A stretch of 10,491 nucleotides of DNA from Fidelibacterota bacterium (GTDB lineage: Bacteria; Fidelibacterota; Marinisomatia; Marinisomatales; TCS56). Below, piece after piece: positions 7,152-10,491 of this stretch. The notes beneath the pieces are model-generated. The model was given only the letters and a program-made list of their open reading frames with translations. It did not search any database and was not told where the DNA came from. Position 1 is the stretch's first letter, and every line of letters starts with the position of its first letter. The position numbers and the translations under genes are program-made. The stretch is from the NCBI GenBank assembly GCA_043822705.1, contig JBDRBK010000093.1, forward strand, positions 1 through 10,491. Reading direction: 5' to 3'.

Positions 7152-7928
7152 ATGAAAAGTGAAAAACTTTGGTCCTCATTTGGAAAACTCTCCTTAGTCG
7201 TTGGCGTTATCGCTGGAGTCCTTTACGTCTCGTCTGAAGTAAATAGCAAGCAACCAGATATTTCAGCGATTTGTAGTTATAATGCTTTTGATATTCCCCC
7301 TGATATACACTCAACTCTCCTTACAACTTGGGATTATGATACATGGACGAATTTGGAGACGTTTATCGATACGGTTAAAAGCGAGCGATATTATACTCAT
7401 TCCATAGTCAACCATCTCAGAACCTATGTTCAATCTTTATTCCCTGAAACAGTCAGTGGTGGGATGTCTCCATACTCAGCATTCTTCAGTTTCACGATTA
7501 TCAATGAGGGTGATTTAATTGCCGATGATTTGGTGCTTGATGGACCATCAACTGGAATATGCCGAGTAATAAATAGAGATAATTCTCAAACTGTATCTGA
7601 ATTTAATTATACTCTTGAACTCGGATCCATTCGGCCTGGTGATGAAATCAAGGTATATCTGTGGGCAACGAGTTCGGTTTACAGACCCGAAGGTGACTTT
7701 CGGCTGACGTATTCAGAAGGGCTTGGCGAGATCAGATTTCCGAGTACTCACTACGGTTTCAGACGCTGTGTTGCCGACAATTTGGAACTTATAATTGTAA
7801 TATTAATTTGTGCTTCGCTCATAATTGCGTTAGTCATGGCTGTCTATCTCCCTGACTCATCAAAGGACGAATCAAGCAAAGAACAAAATACTGAAAATGA
7901 CGAAACAGTAAATCCTGCTACTGGCTAA
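7152..7928 (+). CDS. Cassette protein: hypothetical membrane protein with two hydrophobic helices flanking a soluble domain, 258 aa
   Basis: N-terminal LSLVVGVIAGVLYV, C-terminal LIIVILICASLIIALVMAVYL and an acidic tail. GGAGA at 7142-7146 favours ATG 7152 over 7140. Confidence 0.75.
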   Translation: MKSEKLWSSFGKLSLVVGVIAGVLYVSSEVNSKQPDISAICSYNAFDIPPDIHSTLLTTWDYDTWTNLETFIDTVKSERYYTHSIVNHLRTYVQSLFPETVSGGMSPYSAFFSFTIINEGDLIADDLVLDGPSTGICRVINRDNSQTVSEFNYTLELGSIRPGDEIKVYLWATSSVYRPEGDFRLTYSEGLGEIRFPSTHYGFRRCVADNLELIIVILICASLIIALVMAVYLPDSSKDESSKEQNTENDETVNPATG

Positions 7929-8056
7929 CATGCGCCTAGACCAGACGAGGAAACGGCACTATCTGTTATTTAAGAGGGGGTTATGAGTAATCACCACGAA
8001 ATAGTCAATAAACGCATCGGTTTTTCCCCCGCTGTTCAGTCGCAGATCCGGTAAAC
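7923..8056 (+). mobile_element. Degenerate attC site of cassette 2 (134 bp)
   Basis: R'' GGCTAAC, then TGCG-CCTAGACCAG-ACGAGGAAA pairing imperfectly with TTTCCCCCG-CTGTTCAG-TCGCA. The expected R' position reads GGTAAAC instead of GTTRRRY. Confidence 0.7.
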
Positions 8057-8128
8057 ATTCAATAACCCAGACCAATATCTGCAAGCACAATAGGTCAAGC
8101 TCATTTAATCGATTGGCTCCTTAAGGGT

Positions 8129-8166
8129 GATGTGGTGATCCGGTATCAGATTCACCGCCATCTTTT
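8129..8166 (+). terminator. Imperfect hairpin plus TTTT between the cassette array and convergent gpmI
   Basis: GATG-TGGTGA-TC...GA-T-TCACCG-C-CATC followed by TTTT. Confidence 0.4.
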
Positions 8167-8249
8167 GAGAACTGAAACATTTTGGTGTTACACTATAAAA
8201 TGATTGGTGTTCTCAGTGCTCCTGGTGTCTCCGGGTTAAATATTTCCAA

Positions 8250-9806
8250 TCATTCCGCCAACAACACCGGCGCCGTCATTCCAGCCGGAATTTCCAGTCC
8301 CAACAATTTCAGCAAGGTTGGACCGATACTGGGTAAAATTCCTTTTTCCATGATCGAAAACCGGTCGGCGTCACCGGCGATGTAAAAACATTCCACCGGG
8401 TTGAGCGAGTGGCTGGTCCGGACCTGGCCGGTGATGTAATCGATCATCTGGTCGGAATTGCCGTGGTCGGCGGTCAACAGGATTTTACCGTCCAGTTCCA
8501 GAACCCGGCTGACAATTTTACCGACATTCTCATCGACGATTTCCACCGCCCGCCGGGCGGCCTCGAATTCGCCGGTGTGCCCCACCATGTCGCCGTTGGC
8601 GTAATTCACCAGAATAAATGCATAGGGATTATCCGCCAATCGCCGCAGCAATTCCGCAGTTACATTATAAGCTTCCATTTCCGGATGCAGGGCGAAGCTG
8701 GCGGGATCGAAACGGCTGGGCACGTCCACCTGCTCTTCACCCGCGAAGGGAGTCGTCGATTTACCATTAAAGAAGCTGGTTACGTGGCGGAATTTCTGGG
8801 TCTCGGCGATACGTAACTGCCGCAGGCTGGCCGCAGCGATCACCTCGCCCACCAGACCCGACACTTTTTCTGCTTTAATTGCCGTAGTACCCAGCAGGAA
8901 ACTGTCGAATTCATCATAATAGCGGGTCAGGCCGACATAGACCACCTGCGGGCGGCGAATTCTTTGCCCGGGATACCCGGGATCGACAAAAGCGCGGGTC
9001 AACTGGATCGCCCGGTCCTGACGGTAGTTGGTATGCAGAATGACGTCGCCGTCCTGTACGCCGGTGTAATCGCCAATCACATGCGGCGGGATATATTCGT
9101 CGAACATCGGCACTCCCGACGGTGTCTGATCGCCGTCATAGGACGCCCGAATCGCCGCTTCGGCCTGTTCCGCCCGGCGACCATTGCCATCCACGATGCA
9201 GGCGAATGCGGCGTCGGTCAAGGCCCATTGCCGGGCCCGGTCCATACCGTAATAACGGCCCATAACCGTGCCGATGGTACAGTTGCCGATAGCCTTCATC
9301 ACCCGCCGCAGGTGATTCAAATACTCCAGGGTGCTGCGGGGCGGCGTGTCACGGCCGTCAAGAAACGGATGGATTACGATCCGGCCGGACGGATTTTCGG
9401 CGCGGGCCTGATGCATAAACTTGAACAGGTGATCCTGATGCGAATGGACGCCTTCGTCCTGGAGTAAACCGAAGAAATGAAATTGCGACTGATTGGTCCG
9501 CCAGGTGGAAACCAGGTTTTCCCAGGCGGCGGTGCGGTACAAACTGCCGTCGGTCAGTTGATCGTTGATCCGTTTCAGTTCCTGTTTCACGATCCGTCCG
9601 GCGCCCATGCTCAGATGGCCGACCTCGCTGGAGCCCTGAAATCCGGGCGGCAGACCTACTGCTTCACCGGAGGCGTCCAGCAAACCGCGCGGGTATTTCT
9701 CCCGGTAATGATCCAGGTTGGGGGTGGCGGCGGCGGCCACAGCGTTGCCACTGAGATTTTCATTGTAGCCGATGCCATCCATGACGATCAATACGACCGG
9801 TTTCAT
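8250..9806 (-). CDS. gpmI: 2,3-bisphosphoglycerate-independent phosphoglycerate mutase, 518 aa
   Basis: Motifs MKPVVLIVMDG, VGLP..QGSSEVGH, GVHSH, FLDGRDTPP, GRYYGMDR, NYRQDRA, AETQKFRHVT, NYANGDMVGHTG, TADHGN and TSHS. Start moved from 9980 to ATG 9806 (GGAG RBS at 9817-9814). Confidence 0.96.
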   Translation of the reverse strand: MKPVVLIVMDGIGYNENLSGNAVAAAATPNLDHYREKYPRGLLDASGEAVGLPPGFQGSSEVGHLSMGAGRIVKQELKRINDQLTDGSLYRTAAWENLVSTWRTNQSQFHFFGLLQDEGVHSHQDHLFKFMHQARAENPSGRIVIHPFLDGRDTPPRSTLEYLNHLRRVMKAIGNCTIGTVMGRYYGMDRARQWALTDAAFACIVDGNGRRAEQAEAAIRASYDGDQTPSGVPMFDEYIPPHVIGDYTGVQDGDVILHTNYRQDRAIQLTRAFVDPGYPGQRIRRPQVVYVGLTRYYDEFDSFLLGTTAIKAEKVSGLVGEVIAAASLRQLRIAETQKFRHVTSFFNGKSTTPFAGEEQVDVPSRFDPASFALHPEMEAYNVTAELLRRLADNPYAFILVNYANGDMVGHTGEFEAARRAVEIVDENVGKIVSRVLELDGKILLTADHGNSDQMIDYITGQVRTSHSLNPVECFYIAGDADRFSIMEKGILPSIGPTLLKLLGLEIPAGMTAPVLLAE

Positions 9807-10149
9807 TTTTCTACTCCAAATCTTTGGTCCGGGACCAAGGCTCTTGTCAATATTAACAGGATAATTATCATTCAATTTTATCAATAATTCAATACCACCT
9901 GCCACTGCCCTGTTCCCGCGGCACTGAAAATAATACCAATTCATTATCAAGCTAATCGGACAAACAGAAATTGTTGACAACCTTATCCGCTTTTAACAGT
10001 CATATTTACCATTACTGTATTAAAATTACAGAGGGACAAACATAATCAATATCGAACATTCGTTGTAGGGTCGACAACAGGTTCAATTAAACCAAGAATT
10101 CCGATTGACTAAATAACCGCACTATTCCAAACCGAACCAGAGAACAAAA

Positions 10150-10491
10150 ATGGACCGCAAGATCGAGAAGAAGAAATGGCCGCCGAAGAAGATCGCCGGC
10201 ATCGCCGGAGGTGTTATCGTGGGAGCGCTGCTGATCTGGCAGATCGGCTTCAGCGACAAGCGTTCGCGCCTTAACGTCACCCGCGAGCGGCTGGTGATCG
10301 CCACCGTCAAACGCGGTGATTTCCAGGAATTCATTCCCGTCATCGGCACCGTCATCCCGATCAAGACGATCTACCTGGACGCCATCGAAGGCGGCGCCGT
10401 GGAACACCTGTTCCTGGAAGCGGGCAGTTTCGTCAAAGCCGGCGATCCGATCCTGCGGCTGGCCAACACCAACCTGCTTTTGGACATCATG
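10150..10491 (+). CDS. HlyD-family / efflux periplasmic adaptor subunit, 5' part (runs off the window)
   Basis: Not in the ORF track because there is no stop in the window. Reads MDRKIEKKKWPPKK, a TM helix, then VKRGDFQEFIPVIGTVIPIKTIYLDAIEGGAVEHLFLEAGSFVKAGDPILRLAN (lipoyl-like half motif of membrane fusion proteins). Confidence 0.88.
   Translation, partial: MDRKIEKKKWPPKKIAGIAGGVIVGALLIWQIGFSDKRSRLNVTRERLVIATVKRGDFQEFIPVIGTVIPIKTIYLDAIEGGAVEHLFLEAGSFVKAGDPILRLANTNLLLDIM

Larger units (their letters stand above)
6248..8050 (+). mobile_element. Integron gene cassette array (cassette 1: 6248-7127; cassette 2: 7128-8050)
   Basis: Two co-oriented AT-rich ORFs, each with its stop codon inside an inverse core (ACATAAC, GGCTAAC) complementary to the core site just before its start (GTTATGT, GTTAGCC). 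Confidence 0.88.

Noticed and set aside
9845..9979. TTGACA hexamers at 9974-9979 (+) and 9850-9845 (-)
   Set aside because: Neither has a convincing -10 at 16-18 bp spacing.
9807..9980. 58-aa N-terminal extension of GpmI in the ORF track
   Set aside because: AT-rich intergenic-like sequence. The family N-terminus and a GGAG RBS point to ATG 9806.
1..10491. CRISPR array or IS element
   Set aside because: No regularly spaced direct repeats, transposase ORF or terminal inverted repeats were seen.

Overview
Bacterial chromosomal window, mostly GC-rich housekeeping DNA with an AT-rich accessory insert at about 5860-8250. On the minus strand at left are tRNA-Val(CAC), a coiled-coil/C4 zinc-ribbon gene, RNase P RNA (rnpB) and the start of a gene running off the window. 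On the plus strand follow a UDP-HexNAc dehydrogenase, lhgO and a fetAB-like ABC pair. At right are gpmI (minus) and the 5' part of a HlyD/RND adaptor gene (plus). The notable part is the insert, which looks like a decayed integron the ORF track does not show. It has a frameshifted 3' fragment of an integron integrase (…LGHKSVKTTMVYTH…IKGPTDLL*) that is co-oriented with the cassettes (inverted-integrase architecture), a candidate attI and two intact gene cassettes (an HNH nuclease fusion and a 2-TM protein). Each cassette is bounded by perfectly complementary core and inverse-core 7-mers, and the last attC has a mutated core. All calls were made by eye; no searches were run.
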